Assembly (NCBI RefSeq): GCF_018966525.1
Contig: NZ_CP076607.1
Coordinates: forward strand, 1,657,705-1,681,704
DNA: 24,000 nucleotides
From: Paenibacillus sophorae
Lineage (GTDB): Bacteria > Bacillota > Bacilli > Paenibacillales > Paenibacillaceae
Direction of reading: 5' to 3'
The translations under genes and the position numbers were made by a program. The notes under the pieces were generated by a model. It saw only the letters and a program-made list of their open reading frames with translations, did no database searches and was not told where the DNA came from. Positions 23,978 to 24,000 of this stretch are shown here, piece by piece; positions within the stretch are counted from its first letter, which is position 1; each line of letters opens with the position of its first letter.

Positions 23978-24000
23978 GCCGGAGTCTCAATGCACCGGAG

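Noticed and set aside
1-24000. Search for CRISPR arrays, tRNA/rRNA genes, transposases, integrases, phage or known defence genes, toxin-antitoxin pairs and riboswitch/T-box leaders
   Set aside because: I could see no spaced direct-repeat arrays, no cloverleaf-like or rRNA-like segments, and no recombinase or nuclease-NTPase defence signatures. The leaders are all too short (at most about 125 nt) or lack conserved riboswitch cores. The window reads as core metabolic and regulatory chromosome.

Overview
The window looks like chromosomal DNA from a Bacillales-type Firmicute, possibly Paenibacillus-like. This is inferred from GGAGG-type ribosome-binding sites, a PerR box at katA, a cre site, sigma-A type promoters and roughly 50-55% GC; it is not a database result. 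I support 19 protein-coding genes. I found no rRNA, tRNA, CRISPR array, transposase, integrase or phage genes. Left to right the genes are: (1) the 3' end of a DUF1847 gene followed by a DmsA-like and a DmsB-like molybdoenzyme pair that has no Tat signal peptide and no anchor gene in the window; (2) an orphan 594-aa secreted protein with a stalk-like (copper amine oxidase N-terminal type) segment; (3) catalase katA with PerR boxes; (4) an orphan alpha-glucan phosphorylase with a promoter and a perfect cre site; (5) a LysR regulator divergent from a four-gene cluster: FadH/enoate-reductase-type flavoprotein, YdiB-like quinate/shikimate dehydrogenase, MFS transporter and type I dehydroquinase. 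A shikimate kinase gene converges on this cluster; (6) a TipA/Mta-type MerR regulator with a 19-bp-spacer promoter; (7) a DEDDh exonuclease divergent from a CYTH protein; (8) thrC, a Gfo/Idh/MocA oxidoreductase and a radical SAM/SPASM gene, apparently co-transcribed; (9) a ~500-bp non-coding spacer holding a ~190-bp segment bounded by inverted repeats; (10) a rarD / ArsR-family operon with a perfect 16-bp palindrome just downstream of its predicted promoter. The most interesting candidate is the LysR / enoate reductase / ydiB / MFS / aroD cluster, which suggests a hydroaromatic (quinate/shikimate) module with an added C=C reductase. I see no convincing defence system or mobile island. All functional calls rest on motifs and remembered family sequences, not on searches.
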